This document shows positions 19,381-29,105 of a stretch of DNA of 64,000 nt, piece after piece; within the stretch, counting starts at the first letter, position 1, and every line of letters starts with the position of its first letter. The notes under the pieces are model-generated. The model made no database searches, was not told the origin of the DNA, and saw only the letters and a program-made list of their open reading frames with translations. This stretch comes from Acidobacteriota bacterium (GTDB lineage: Bacteria > Acidobacteriota > UBA890 > WLXD01), in the NCBI GenBank assembly GCA_965248695.1, contig CBDFKD010000002.1, positions 3,360,001 to 3,424,000 of the forward strand. The letters run 5' to 3'. Made by a program: the position numbers and the translations under genes.

Positions 19381-21441
19381 ATGATGAACTGCAAGGCAAG
19401 CGTCGTACTGTTGGTGACGGTCTCGCTTCTGTCGTTGACCGCGCCCACGCAAGCCAACCAGCAAGAAGCTCCGACGGTACCGGCCAGCATCGAGGTCAGC
19501 CCCGACCGCGTCATTCTCGAGGTCGGCAGCACGGCAAGCCTGACGGCGGTAGTGCGCGACGCCGACGGCAACGTGCTGGACGACATCCAGATCGTTTATC
19601 TGTCCCGTTCGCGGCGTAGCGTCGGGGTCAACCCTGCCGGCACGATAGAGGCCTACCAGCCGGGCGATGTCGAGGTAGTAGCGATCGTCCCGAGCTCACC
19701 GGATGTCGACCCGCGCCGGGACGATGAGGCCTTGCGAGCGATTACCGAGGTCCACGTGCCGGTGCCGCCGCTGGCATCCGTTGCTTTCGCCGACATGCCG
19801 GGGCGCTACTACGCCGGGACGACGGTTCGTCCCGAGTTCGAGGCGACGGATAACTCGGGCGCCGAGCGGACCGGCGTCAGACCGGCGCTCGAAAGCAGCG
19901 ACACAGCGGTCGTCGAGATCGACCACGTCGGGTCGCTACGCCTCGTTGGGCACGGCACTGCAGTGATCACTGCCAGGGCCGAGGACGTGACCGACAGCAT
20001 CGAGGTAGCGGTTGCCGCGGACCCGACAGCGTCGGTACGGCTCATCTCGAGCGCCAGCGAGGTGCGCACCGGCGACGTCGTGCACATCAGCGCCACACCG
20101 CTGGCTGCCGACGGCAAGCCGGTGCCTGAAATGCCCGTGGTGTACGCGCTCCGCGCCCGTACGGATCAGCACGGTCTCGGCGAGCCGCCGTCCGGTCTGG
20201 TGACCGGCGACGGCCGCTTCGTCGCCGACTTGCCGGGTGAGTACACGATCCTCGCGACCGCCGGTGAGCACTGGGCGTCAACGACCGTCATGGCGACCGA
20301 CCGTGGAGTGAAGCGCGAGATCGAGCTCCTCGGGCACGGTAGGGTCGCCGACCGGAAGACCTCCGACCTTTGGGTCTGGGAGGCGCCGGACAGTCGCGAC
20401 TACGCGATCACCGGAACCTGGGGCGCTGCCGGTCATGCCTACATCTGGGACGTGACCGATCCGCGCAACATCCAGCTCATCGACATGGTCAAGGTCGACG
20501 CGCGCACGGTCAACGACGTCAAGGTGTCGGAAGACGGCAGCATCGCAGTGATTAGCCGCGAGGGCGCGTCGGACCGCCGCAACGGGCTGGTGCTCCTCGA
20601 CGTGTCGAGTCCGCGCGACGGGGTCAAGGTGCTGGCACGCTACGACGACCAGATGACCGGCGGCGTGCACAACGTATACATCCATGAGGATCATCTATAC
20701 GCCCTCTCGGGCGGGCGTCGGTACGACATCCTCAACATCGAGGATCCGCGCAACCCGTACCGCGTCGGGCGGTTCGAGCTCGATTCACCGGGCCGATCGA
20801 TTCACGATGTCTGGGTAATCGACGGCGTCGCCGTGTCATCCAACTGGGACGACGGAGTCGTCCTCGTCGACGTCGGCGGCGGCGGCATGGGAGGGTCGCC
20901 GAACAGTCCGGTGGAGATGGGCCGCTACGCGTATCCGAGCGGGTGGAACCATGCCGCCTGGCCGCACAAGAGCGAGTCGAGCGGCAAGTTCTACGTCATC
21001 GCCGGCGACGAGGCTTTCCCGGCCGATCGCAACCCGATGGGACTGGATCGATTCGAGGGACCGCCGGTACAGGCCGCCGGCTGGATTCACTTCATCGAGT
21101 TCGACGATCTGAATGAACCGCGCGAAGTGGCCCGATACCAGGTGCCGTACGGCGGCACACACAACTTCTGGGTCGATGGCGACACGCTCTATGTCGCGTA
21201 CTACAACGGCGGGCTACGGGTGGTCGATATCTCCGGTGAGCTGCTCGGTGATCTGTATCGCCAGGGACGCGAGATCGGCTACTTCCTGGCCGACGATCCG
21301 CAGGGGTTCAAGCCCAACGCGCGCCGTACGTGGGGAGCGATGACCCACAAGGGAAACATCTTCTTTGCCGACAACAACTCGGGGCTGTGGGCCGTGCGCC
21401 TGAAGCCGGAGGTCGATGCCGATGCGGCCGGTCCCGAATGA
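19381..21441 (+). CDS. Secreted LVIVD-repeat protein with N-terminal Ig-like domains
   Basis: Signal peptide; SIEVSP..VILEVG and ESSDTAVVEID Ig-like units; YIWDVTDP, LVLLDVSSP, GLRVVDIS repeats; several His-containing loops. Confidence 0.82.
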   Translation: MMNCKASVVLLVTVSLLSLTAPTQANQQEAPTVPASIEVSPDRVILEVGSTASLTAVVRDADGNVLDDIQIVYLSRSRRSVGVNPAGTIEAYQPGDVEVVAIVPSSPDVDPRRDDEALRAITEVHVPVPPLASVAFADMPGRYYAGTTVRPEFEATDNSGAERTGVRPALESSDTAVVEIDHVGSLRLVGHGTAVITARAEDVTDSIEVAVAADPTASVRLISSASEVRTGDVVHISATPLAADGKPVPEMPVVYALRARTDQHGLGEPPSGLVTGDGRFVADLPGEYTILATAGEHWASTTVMATDRGVKREIELLGHGRVADRKTSDLWVWEAPDSRDYAITGTWGAAGHAYIWDVTDPRNIQLIDMVKVDARTVNDVKVSEDGSIAVISREGASDRRNGLVLLDVSSPRDGVKVLARYDDQMTGGVHNVYIHEDHLYALSGGRRYDILNIEDPRNPYRVGRFELDSPGRSIHDVWVIDGVAVSSNWDDGVVLVDVGGGGMGGSPNSPVEMGRYAYPSGWNHAAWPHKSESSGKFYVIAGDEAFPADRNPMGLDRFEGPPVQAAGWIHFIEFDDLNEPREVARYQVPYGGTHNFWVDGDTLYVAYYNGGLRVVDISGELLGDLYRQGREIGYFLADDPQGFKPNARRTWGAMTHKGNIFFADNNSGLWAVRLKPEVDADAAGPE

Positions 21442-21505
21442 GGCGATGACCGGACCCGCGGTGTGAGAAGGATGGGTTGACGGCTGTCGGTGACGGTCCC
21501 GGCGG

Positions 21506-22675
21506 TCAACCGTTCTTCAGATCGTCCAGCCGGTAGAAGGTGCCGCGCCAGTAGATCCCTCCACGCCATAGCGCCAGAACCGCGGCCCGGGCGAAGCAGG
21601 CCTGCGTGAGCAACACGCCCAGAGGCAACAACGGCACGGTCCACAGCCGCAGGCGCGTCTCCCTCAGCATTGCGGTCTGGATCGACACGATGATCGCTAC
21701 CACCAAGACGTTCAGCCATCGGGTGGTGCCCGCCGTCATCAGCACGGCAACGAATGGCCAGACCACCATCACGAGCTGCGCTAGACCGCCTGCGGCGAGC
21801 AACGGCACGGAGTAGTTGACTGCGCCGAGGGTGTTCTTTTCCAGACCTCGGAACGCCGCCCCCAGACTCGGGTACCACTCGACGCAGAGGAAGGGCCCAG
21901 CCACGGTGCAGTGCGCCTTGGCGCCGCTTGCCTTCAGATTGACCGCTAGCCGCACGTCGTCGAGCGGGTCCATCGCCAGCGCCGCATGTGTTCCGGCGCG
22001 CTCGTAGGCCGCGCGGCGCACGAGGTTGAAGGAGCCGAATCCCACCGCCGCAGAGCTGCTCGGGTCGCTGACACGCCACGGCCGAAAATAGCCGTTGAAC
22101 AGCAGAGCGAACGCGGACACGAACAGCTCCAGCGCCGCGCTAGTCACCTTGACGTCCGCCGGCATGGTCAGGTGATCGTACCCCTGCGTGACCATGTAGT
22201 GAACCACCCGGCTCAGCACTGTGGGCTCGAAGACTACGTCGGCATCGGTAAACAACAAGAGGTCGCCGGACGCAACCTCCGCGGCGCGCTGCAGTGCGTG
22301 GTTCTTGCCGAGCCAGCCGGCCGGTAGCTCGGCAATGTGGATGACCTGCAATCGCGGTTCCGCGGCCGCGAACTCGTCGAGCACTCTGCCGGTGGCGTCG
22401 TCGGACCGATCGTTCACCGCGATGACCTCGAGGTCACGGTAGTCGAGGCTCAGCACGGAACGCAGCGCCGGACCGACGGTAGTGCCTTCGTTGCGCGCCG
22501 GTACGATGACGCTGACGCGCGGCAGGGTGAGCCGCGCTGCGGCATCCGGCATCGGCATATCGCGGACGAAGCTCATGGCGCCGCGGCCGCGCACCAGATC
22601 GATCGCGAACACCGTCCAGGCCACACAGCTAGCTGCGGCAAGCACCAGCAGGCCGGTCTCGAAGGAGGATGGCAT
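21506..22675 (-). CDS. Glycosyltransferase family 2 (CrtQ/HpnB-like)
   Basis: VIVPARNE, NDRSDD, GWLGKNHA, FTDADV, DDV, C-terminal TM helices and WRG motifs. Start ATG 22675 or GTG 22678. Confidence 0.88.
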   Translation of the reverse strand: MPSSFETGLLVLAAASCVAWTVFAIDLVRGRGAMSFVRDMPMPDAAARLTLPRVSVIVPARNEGTTVGPALRSVLSLDYRDLEVIAVNDRSDDATGRVLDEFAAAEPRLQVIHIAELPAGWLGKNHALQRAAEVASGDLLLFTDADVVFEPTVLSRVVHYMVTQGYDHLTMPADVKVTSAALELFVSAFALLFNGYFRPWRVSDPSSSAAVGFGSFNLVRRAAYERAGTHAALAMDPLDDVRLAVNLKASGAKAHCTVAGPFLCVEWYPSLGAAFRGLEKNTLGAVNYSVPLLAAGGLAQLVMVVWPFVAVLMTAGTTRWLNVLVVAIIVSIQTAMLRETRLRLWTVPLLPLGVLLTQACFARAAVLALWRGGIYWRGTFYRLDDLKNG

Positions 22676-22691
22676 CACCAGGAACACTATG

Positions 22692-22710
22692 GGCCTGTAA
22701 CCGGCCACTA
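22692..22710. repeat. Collapsed remnant of family-B repeat (GGCCTGTAAC joined to the inverted end GGCCACTA)
   Basis: ggcctgtaac-c-ggccacta contains the family-B core and the reverse complement of TAGTGGCC. Confidence 0.4.
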
Positions 22711-22793
22711 ACCCCCGATTGGAGAGGATCGCTGCAACTCGGCCCAGCCCCGGCTACCGAAGCCGTCGGAACGACGCGGTGGCCGGCATCTCA

Positions 22794-23777
22794 TCAGTCG
22801 ACGCCGCGCCAATCATGGAGAAACCGCAGCAGGACGGTTGCTGAGTTGTCCGCCGCCAGTCGCCCGAACGTGCGGATCTGGTTGCCGCCCGACCCGCCAC
22901 CGGCAAGGTCCGATAACGATCGGAAGGCCAGGAAGCGCACTGCGTTGATCGCCGCCACCTGGGCCACCGCGGCGGTCTCCATGTCGACTGCATCGGCCGC
23001 GAACGTATCCCAGATCCATTCGCGGAAGGCAGTATTGTCCAGGAACGTAGGGCCGGACACGCCGTTGCCGCCAACCACCAGACGCGGCGCCTCGTCGAGG
23101 CACTCACCGATGTCGATACAACGCCGCAACGCGAGGTCTCCGGCGATCCGCCTGGCTCGCGCCAACATGCGCTCATCGACCGCGAACCAGAAGCGTCGTT
23201 CGCGTCCCTCCGAGCCCGATCCGGATGGCATGAGCTGCCCCCGCGGAAACATCATGCCGAAGTTGCCGAACTCACCGGCGCGCCCGCCGGTCTCCCAGCC
23301 GTCCGGCGTCTGACGTGCGAACACCATCTCCTGGTGCTGACCCCAGCGAGCGGGGACGGTCACGTCACCGACGTTCAATGCCGGATTGGCGCCCCCGGCA
23401 ATGCCCGAGAAGATAATCGCTCCGACATCGAAGTGATCGATCACCGCCTGGGTGGCGGCGGCGGCATTGACCAGGCTGACGCCACCGAGGAACAGCACCA
23501 CCGGGTGGCCTTCCAGATTGCCTACGTAATGCAAGCGTCCGGCGAACTCCCGGGTGTCATCGATGCGCGCTGCCGCCAGGAGCTTTTGGAGCTCCGATTC
23601 GACCGCGCACATGATGACCACGCGGACAGGCTCGCGCGTTCCGAACGACGGACGTCCACTGCCTGGGCCCCCTGTTGGCGGCTCGACGACCCGCACGTTG
23701 GCGCACGAGACACCGGCGCATCCCGCCAGAAGCCAGGCGACGACGAGCCGAGTCCGCACCGGGCTAGCGCTGATCAT
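22794..23777 (-). CDS. 5'-methylthioadenosine/S-adenosylhomocysteine nucleosidase family protein with export signal
   Basis: GVSLVNAA, FSGIAG, VGDV, DMETAAVAQVA, RSLSDLAGG; N-terminal hydrophobic segment with LAGC. Confidence 0.85.
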   Translation of the reverse strand: MISASPVRTRLVVAWLLAGCAGVSCANVRVVEPPTGGPGSGRPSFGTREPVRVVIMCAVESELQKLLAAARIDDTREFAGRLHYVGNLEGHPVVLFLGGVSLVNAAAATQAVIDHFDVGAIIFSGIAGGANPALNVGDVTVPARWGQHQEMVFARQTPDGWETGGRAGEFGNFGMMFPRGQLMPSGSGSEGRERRFWFAVDERMLARARRIAGDLALRRCIDIGECLDEAPRLVVGGNGVSGPTFLDNTAFREWIWDTFAADAVDMETAAVAQVAAINAVRFLAFRSLSDLAGGGSGGNQIRTFGRLAADNSATVLLRFLHDWRGVD

Positions 23778-23839
23778 GAGTACGGTGACTTCGCAGGAAC
23801 ACCCGCCTCCCGACCGTCGTCGACCGAGTTCCCGGCCGT

Positions 23840-24736
23840 CTACTGTGCCGTCACCGAATCGCCCTCGGCGGCGGCGCCGTCGACTAGCCGGCAAATCGCC
23901 GATTGGCCGAGAACTCGTGTGACCTCGAGCAGGCCGACGCGATCCGTGATGCGGTCGAGCACGTTGCCCTGCGCGTCCTTGATCTCGTCGACGACGCGCA
24001 TGACGGCAAACTGCTGGCCCACCGTCACGCCGAAATTGTCGCCGCGGTCGATGTAGTAATCGTCGCCGCGGTTGCCGACGATCGTTGCGGGCGGCATCAC
24101 CGGCTTCAGCCCTGCGAAGCTGCCGGACTGCTCGGCGATTTGCTCCACCGCCTCTTCGATCGCCGGGCGAAGTGCTTCCTGGGCCAGCCCCTCGTCGAAG
24201 TTCTGCTCGAAGCTGACGCTATTTATCTGGATGCCACCGAGACGCTTCTTCCCCTTGCCCTCGGCGACCACCAAGATCTCGCTGGTCACCGTGTTCACCA
24301 CGCGCACATCCACGATGCTCTCGGCCTCGGTAAAGCGGCCGCCGATGCCGCCGATCCCGGCACGCTTGCTCTCCACCGAGAACTGCGTGATCGACCCGGT
24401 GACCATCAGCTGAGCGCCGAGCACCTTGCCCATCTGCGCCGCGGTCGAGGCGTTGACGCGACCGCTAGCGCCGAAGTCTTGCTCGCCGAGAATCGCCTGG
24501 ATCTCCCGGCGCTCGATCACCGAGAACTTGCCGGACTTCACCAGCTGGGTTGCCAGCTCGTCAGCAGCGGCTTCTCCGAGGCGTCCGCCCCAGAAGCTCC
24601 AGCTGCTGTTGTTGTAGAAGTTCATCACCGCCACCCTGACCCTGTCCTGCGCCTGGACCGGCGCCGGCGCCACGACTGAGAAAGCGGCGAGGATTACGAC
24701 GGCAATAGCGGCGACTCTAGAAACACGATTGCTCAC
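23840..24736 (-). CDS. CsgG/HfaB family protein
   Basis: Signal peptide; LVKSGKFSVIERREIQAILGEQ, AAQMGKVLGAQLMVTGSITQF, VDVRVVN; C-terminal beta domain. GAGG before GTG 24736. Confidence 0.82.
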   Translation of the reverse strand: MSNRVSRVAAIAVVILAAFSVVAPAPVQAQDRVRVAVMNFYNNSSWSFWGGRLGEAAADELATQLVKSGKFSVIERREIQAILGEQDFGASGRVNASTAAQMGKVLGAQLMVTGSITQFSVESKRAGIGGIGGRFTEAESIVDVRVVNTVTSEILVVAEGKGKKRLGGIQINSVSFEQNFDEGLAQEALRPAIEEAVEQIAEQSGSFAGLKPVMPPATIVGNRGDDYYIDRGDNFGVTVGQQFAVMRVVDEIKDAQGNVLDRITDRVGLLEVTRVLGQSAICRLVDGAAAEGDSVTAQ

Positions 24737-24836
24737 GGGTGCCTCGCAGTTTGTCTGGGGAAATACTGCGCTCAGTGTATTGCAGATCACCGCGTCGGCG
24801 CATCTGAGCAATAGTCTGCCGAAGGGTCGTGCGACC

Positions 24837-25241
24837 TCAGTGGGTCGACGGCGTGCTGAACGAGATCGTGCCGCGGATCGGGTGCCCGTCGCCGCTCGAG
24901 GTTCGCCAGGCGATAACGTGGTCACCGGGCTCGAGATCGCCCTGCACCTCGACGAACAGCGTGTTCTCTGCGCCGGCCTCGAGTGCACCGAGCTCCTCGG
25001 TCTCGTGGCAGCTCAAGGCGATACGACTCACCGCCAGCTCCGGTGTCAACGAGAACCAGAGTCGTACTTCGGCAGGCGACGCCTCCAGGACGGCGTCCTT
25101 CTCCGGGGAGCTGCCGGTCAAGCGCAGATGCCTCACGGGCGGCGCCGCGGCCAGCAGGGTCAAGAGCGCCAGGGCGACGAATACCACCAGGATCCGATTG
25201 TCGATGCGCTGGTCACCAAAGCGCTTTTGCGCGTCTCTCAC
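24837..25241 (-). CDS. copC: Copper resistance protein CopC
   Basis: Signal peptide, then H..L..SSP.....L..SP..VRLWFS and WRTSSGDGHPIRG. Confidence 0.85.
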   Translation of the reverse strand: MRDAQKRFGDQRIDNRILVVFVALALLTLLAAAPPVRHLRLTGSSPEKDAVLEASPAEVRLWFSLTPELAVSRIALSCHETEELGALEAGAENTLFVEVQGDLEPGDHVIAWRTSSGDGHPIRGTISFSTPSTH

Positions 25242-25348
25242 CGCTCGCCTTTCGGTCGTTGGCCGTGCTTGCGTTCCCTGCAAGGGAATCTACGGGTCGT
25301 CCCGAGCCAGTGCAACCTGCACCGGCCAAACGAGCACGCATCCGTGCC

Positions 25349-26761
25349 TTACTGAATACCGACCTGCCCGCGCACCGACTCGAGGAGCGCCGCGGAGTCG
25401 TAGCCGACGCCGTTCTTGAACACCAGCGTCACGTTGCGGATGTCGCTCGGGTTGGCGAGCGGATTGCCGTCGAGAACCACCAGGTCGGCCTGCTTCCCGG
25501 CTTCCACCGAACCGACCTCGTCGTAAATACCCAGGACCTTGGCACCGTTCGCGGTGAGCACCTGGATTGCCTCTATCGGCGTGAAATCGGTTTCTAGCAG
25601 GAGCTCGAAGTTGCGTTGGTCGCCAAAGCCAGCCAGCGCGGCACCGTAGCCGGTCGGATCGACCCCGGCCGCCAGCAAGCCGCCGGATTCTGAGAACTTG
25701 TAGGCATAGTGCAGCCCCTTGAGGAACAGCTCCGGGGGTATCGAGCCCTGTACCTCGATGCGCGCCGCTGCCGCCTCCACCTCTTCCAGCGCTCCGGGCG
25801 CCAGCGCCTCGCGCACCCGCGGGTCGAGCTCGGTACGCCCCTTGACGAACATCTCGTTCACCACCGGTGTGGTGGTCATCGCCACCCCCGCGTCGATCAT
25901 CTCGCGAAAGGTAGTCGCCACCTCGTCGCTCGACAGATCGAGCTCGGTAACGCTCTGCATGAGGTTGCGCGAACACTCGTCGGCGGTGCGCGTCTCGTCA
26001 TAGTCGCTGTTGGTCAGCAGGCCGTGCTCGATGTTGTCGATGCCGGCCTCCACCGCCTCACGGAAGCTCACCGAGCACAGGTGAGCGGTTACCTTGAGGC
26101 CGTGCCGGTGCGCCTCGTCGATCGCCGCCGCGAGCTCCGCGCGCCCGATCCAGGTGTAGGCCTTGAACCAGTCGACGCCCTCCTCGGCCCAGTAGCTCAC
26201 CACACGGCGGGCGTGTTCTGGATCGGAGAGCTTCGACATGTTCATGAACTGCGCCTGTTCGCCGGTTAGGTAGGGGCCGGTGACGAACATGCGGGGCCCC
26301 GGGACCTCGCCCGCCTCGATCGACTTCTTGAGGCTGATCTCGGCGTATGGGTACTCGCTGCCGGTGGTACGGATGGTGGTCACTCCGGCGGCCAGATAGA
26401 GCCGCGGAGATGTGTAGTTCGACTGCACTGCACGGCGTGAGGTGGTGTAGTAGCTGTGATCGTGCAGGCCTACGAGTCCGGGAAGCACCGTATGGCCGCC
26501 CAGATCCAACACCTCGGCCTCGGCTCCCACGTCGACCGAGTCGCTACCGCCAACCGCGACTATGCGCCCATCACGGATCACGATTGTCTGGTCCTCGCGC
26601 GCCGGCGCGCCGGTGCCGTCCACCACTCGGACGTGCGTGAGCGCCACTTCCCCGGCCCGAACAGCGACGTACTCGAGAACCTCGTCCGACAGCGTCTGCG
26701 GCATCGAAGCCGCGGCGATAAGGGCCAGGGCTGCAGCGGCGACTGAAACCGACTTGATCAT
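25349..26761 (-). CDS. Secreted amidohydrolase family protein
   Basis: VVDGTG, PGLVGLHDH, GVTTIR, VTAHL, IEHG, GSVEAGKQADLVVLDGNP; AGGAG RBS. Confidence 0.88.
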   Translation of the reverse strand: MIKSVSVAAAALALIAAASMPQTLSDEVLEYVAVRAGEVALTHVRVVDGTGAPAREDQTIVIRDGRIVAVGGSDSVDVGAEAEVLDLGGHTVLPGLVGLHDHSYYTTSRRAVQSNYTSPRLYLAAGVTTIRTTGSEYPYAEISLKKSIEAGEVPGPRMFVTGPYLTGEQAQFMNMSKLSDPEHARRVVSYWAEEGVDWFKAYTWIGRAELAAAIDEAHRHGLKVTAHLCSVSFREAVEAGIDNIEHGLLTNSDYDETRTADECSRNLMQSVTELDLSSDEVATTFREMIDAGVAMTTTPVVNEMFVKGRTELDPRVREALAPGALEEVEAAAARIEVQGSIPPELFLKGLHYAYKFSESGGLLAAGVDPTGYGAALAGFGDQRNFELLLETDFTPIEAIQVLTANGAKVLGIYDEVGSVEAGKQADLVVLDGNPLANPSDIRNVTLVFKNGVGYDSAALLESVRGQVGIQ

Positions 26762-26772
26762 CCGAACTTCTC

Positions 26773-29034
26773 CTAGCGTGGCTCGTGAGGCGATGGCGTG
26801 GGGGCGTCGTCGACCGTGAAGATCATCTTCATGCCCGACTCCAGGTGCTCGGCGATGTGGCAGTGAACCATCCAGCGCCCCGGGTTGGACAGCTCCAGCA
26901 GGAGATCGGTGGTCGAGGCCACTGGTAGCAACACAGTGTCCTTCCACGCCAGATTATCGTTCGCCACGCCGTCCTGCTCGAGTACGAGGAAGCGCTGGCC
27001 GTGGAAATGGATCGGATGCTGCATGGCGTGAAACGAGCCCCGATCGTTGATGATTCGAATCTTGACGACGTCACCGACCGCGAAGTTCCAGTCGTCGATG
27101 TCCGTATTTCGGTTGCCTGTACGCGGATCGATCAGCAGCCACTCGATCTGCTCGCCAGTGCTGATCCAGTTCATCATCGGCATCGTCCCGGCCCACTCAG
27201 CGGGATTGAAGTACACGCGATCGAGCGCCATCAGCTGGTCGATTACGAGCGGCAGCTCTCCGGCCTCCAACCGCAGGACGAGCTCGCGATCGGGCGGACG
27301 ATCGAAGTGTTCACGATAGGCCTCGATATCCGCCGTAACATCCGCGTTCGTCCGCAGCACCGAGTGGCTCTCGACGAGGTCGGTGTCGACTCGATCGGCA
27401 GCGACCCTCACAACGCCTAGCTCCGTCGACTCGGTAAAGAACGTCCCGGCGCGATGATTGATTCCCTGCACCACATTCACCACGCGAACGGCACCAGGCT
27501 GCGCGAAACGGACGTCGACGATGTATCGCTCCGCTGGTGCAATGACCAGACTGTCGGCCCACACTTCTCGCTGGTATCGCGATACGTCCGTCGCTACCGC
27601 CTTCATTGGCAGCGGCGTCGTCGCGCCATCGTGCCGGAAGCTCAGGTTGAAGGTGCGCGTGTTGGCAACGTTGGTAAAGAAAAACCTCACGACCTCACCA
27701 CGCATTACCTCGAGCTCGTAGTCGGGCTCGCCGTTCACGAGAAACAGGTTGCCGAACCTCCCCATGAGCATGAAGTTGGCCGACTCGGCGCCGTAGGGTA
27801 CCAGGCCCTGCGCGCCCACCAGCAGGTCGTCGAGCATGAGCACCTGTTCAGTGTTCACCGGTCCGTAGACATCCGCAGCCAGCGGATCGACGAGCATGTT
27901 GCCGTACAGACCGAGATCCTGTGCGATGTCCTCGCGGTGGTGTGGGTGATACCAGTAGAGTCCCGCGTCGCGGAAGTACACCTGGTAGCGGAAGCCCTCC
28001 CCCGGGAGGACCGGGTCCTGGGTCACCCCGGGGACGCCGTCGTAACGATTGTCGAGCCGAACGCCATGCCAGTGCACCGCGGTGGGCAACGCGGTGCGGT
28101 TCTCGAAGTTGACGAAGATCGTCGCCTTCTCCGGAACATGGATCAGCGGCCCGGGTATCTGGCCATTGAAGCCGTACATCAGATAGGTGCGACCAGCCAG
28201 CTGCCGGCGCACGAGGCCGGCTTCGAGATCGAGCGTGCCGCCGTCGCCCAGGCGAACGATCTGACGGCGCCGAGCCAACGGCACGCCCTCGGGATCGGCT
28301 GCTGCAGGTAGCCAGGGCGTGGCGTCCGGGCGCAGCGCAGCCAACCCCGGCATCATCGGCACCGCCGGGTGCATGGGTGGCGCTATGTCCTCGTCACGCT
28401 GGTCCGCATCCGGCGCACTGCCATGCTCGCCGGTCCCGCTCGGGGCAACCAGCGCCAACGGCGCCTGCGTGATCAGGTCCTCGGCACTCATGCGCGAGCT
28501 CGGCGACCTGCCCCGAAGGACCAGGCGTCCGCCGCGGGCCAGTGCCTCCGCCACGGGCTCGGCACTGATCCATATCGAGAATTTGTTGTGGCTCACCTCG
28601 CCCAGATCGTTGAGCCCGTTGTGCACTTCGCCCAGCCGGGTGACCGGATCCAACCACGGGGTCGTCACCCAGGCGACGTAGGCCGCCGATCCGAGCTCGG
28701 CCGGGTCCGGAAGGCCTTCGATCCACACCCTGAGGTCATACCGGTGCCGGCCCTCTGCGGTCACCGCAATGCCGAACGGTGAGCGCACTCGTCCGAGCTC
28801 GACCAGGCCACGCGCGTCCCCGGCGCGGGCGGTCGGAAACAGCTCCATGCAGCCCAGATCCGCCGAAGTGGCAATCATCGAAGCAGAAAAGGCACATCGG
28901 AAACCGGCGGCCGGTGGCGCCAAGCCCGTAGCGGTCGTTTGCTCCGATGCCTCGACCCCCGCGAACGGCGCTGCCGCCATCGCCAAGAGGATCCATCTCG
29001 CAGCCAGCCATGCGTGGGTGCCGTGCGGCTTCAT
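26773..29034 (-). CDS. Multicopper oxidase with an additional N-terminal domain
   Basis: All four Cu motifs: HWHG, WYHPH, HPIHFHG, HCHIAEHLESGM; signal peptide. Confidence 0.93.
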   Translation of the reverse strand: MKPHGTHAWLAARWILLAMAAAPFAGVEASEQTTATGLAPPAAGFRCAFSASMIATSADLGCMELFPTARAGDARGLVELGRVRSPFGIAVTAEGRHRYDLRVWIEGLPDPAELGSAAYVAWVTTPWLDPVTRLGEVHNGLNDLGEVSHNKFSIWISAEPVAEALARGGRLVLRGRSPSSRMSAEDLITQAPLALVAPSGTGEHGSAPDADQRDEDIAPPMHPAVPMMPGLAALRPDATPWLPAAADPEGVPLARRRQIVRLGDGGTLDLEAGLVRRQLAGRTYLMYGFNGQIPGPLIHVPEKATIFVNFENRTALPTAVHWHGVRLDNRYDGVPGVTQDPVLPGEGFRYQVYFRDAGLYWYHPHHREDIAQDLGLYGNMLVDPLAADVYGPVNTEQVLMLDDLLVGAQGLVPYGAESANFMLMGRFGNLFLVNGEPDYELEVMRGEVVRFFFTNVANTRTFNLSFRHDGATTPLPMKAVATDVSRYQREVWADSLVIAPAERYIVDVRFAQPGAVRVVNVVQGINHRAGTFFTESTELGVVRVAADRVDTDLVESHSVLRTNADVTADIEAYREHFDRPPDRELVLRLEAGELPLVIDQLMALDRVYFNPAEWAGTMPMMNWISTGEQIEWLLIDPRTGNRNTDIDDWNFAVGDVVKIRIINDRGSFHAMQHPIHFHGQRFLVLEQDGVANDNLAWKDTVLLPVASTTDLLLELSNPGRWMVHCHIAEHLESGMKMIFTVDDAPTPSPHEPR

Positions 29035-29105
29035 TCAGGCACGATACGCGGCCGCCAGCCCGCATCGCAATTCTGGCCGACGGACGCGAGCGCAGAGGTC
29101 CGAGC

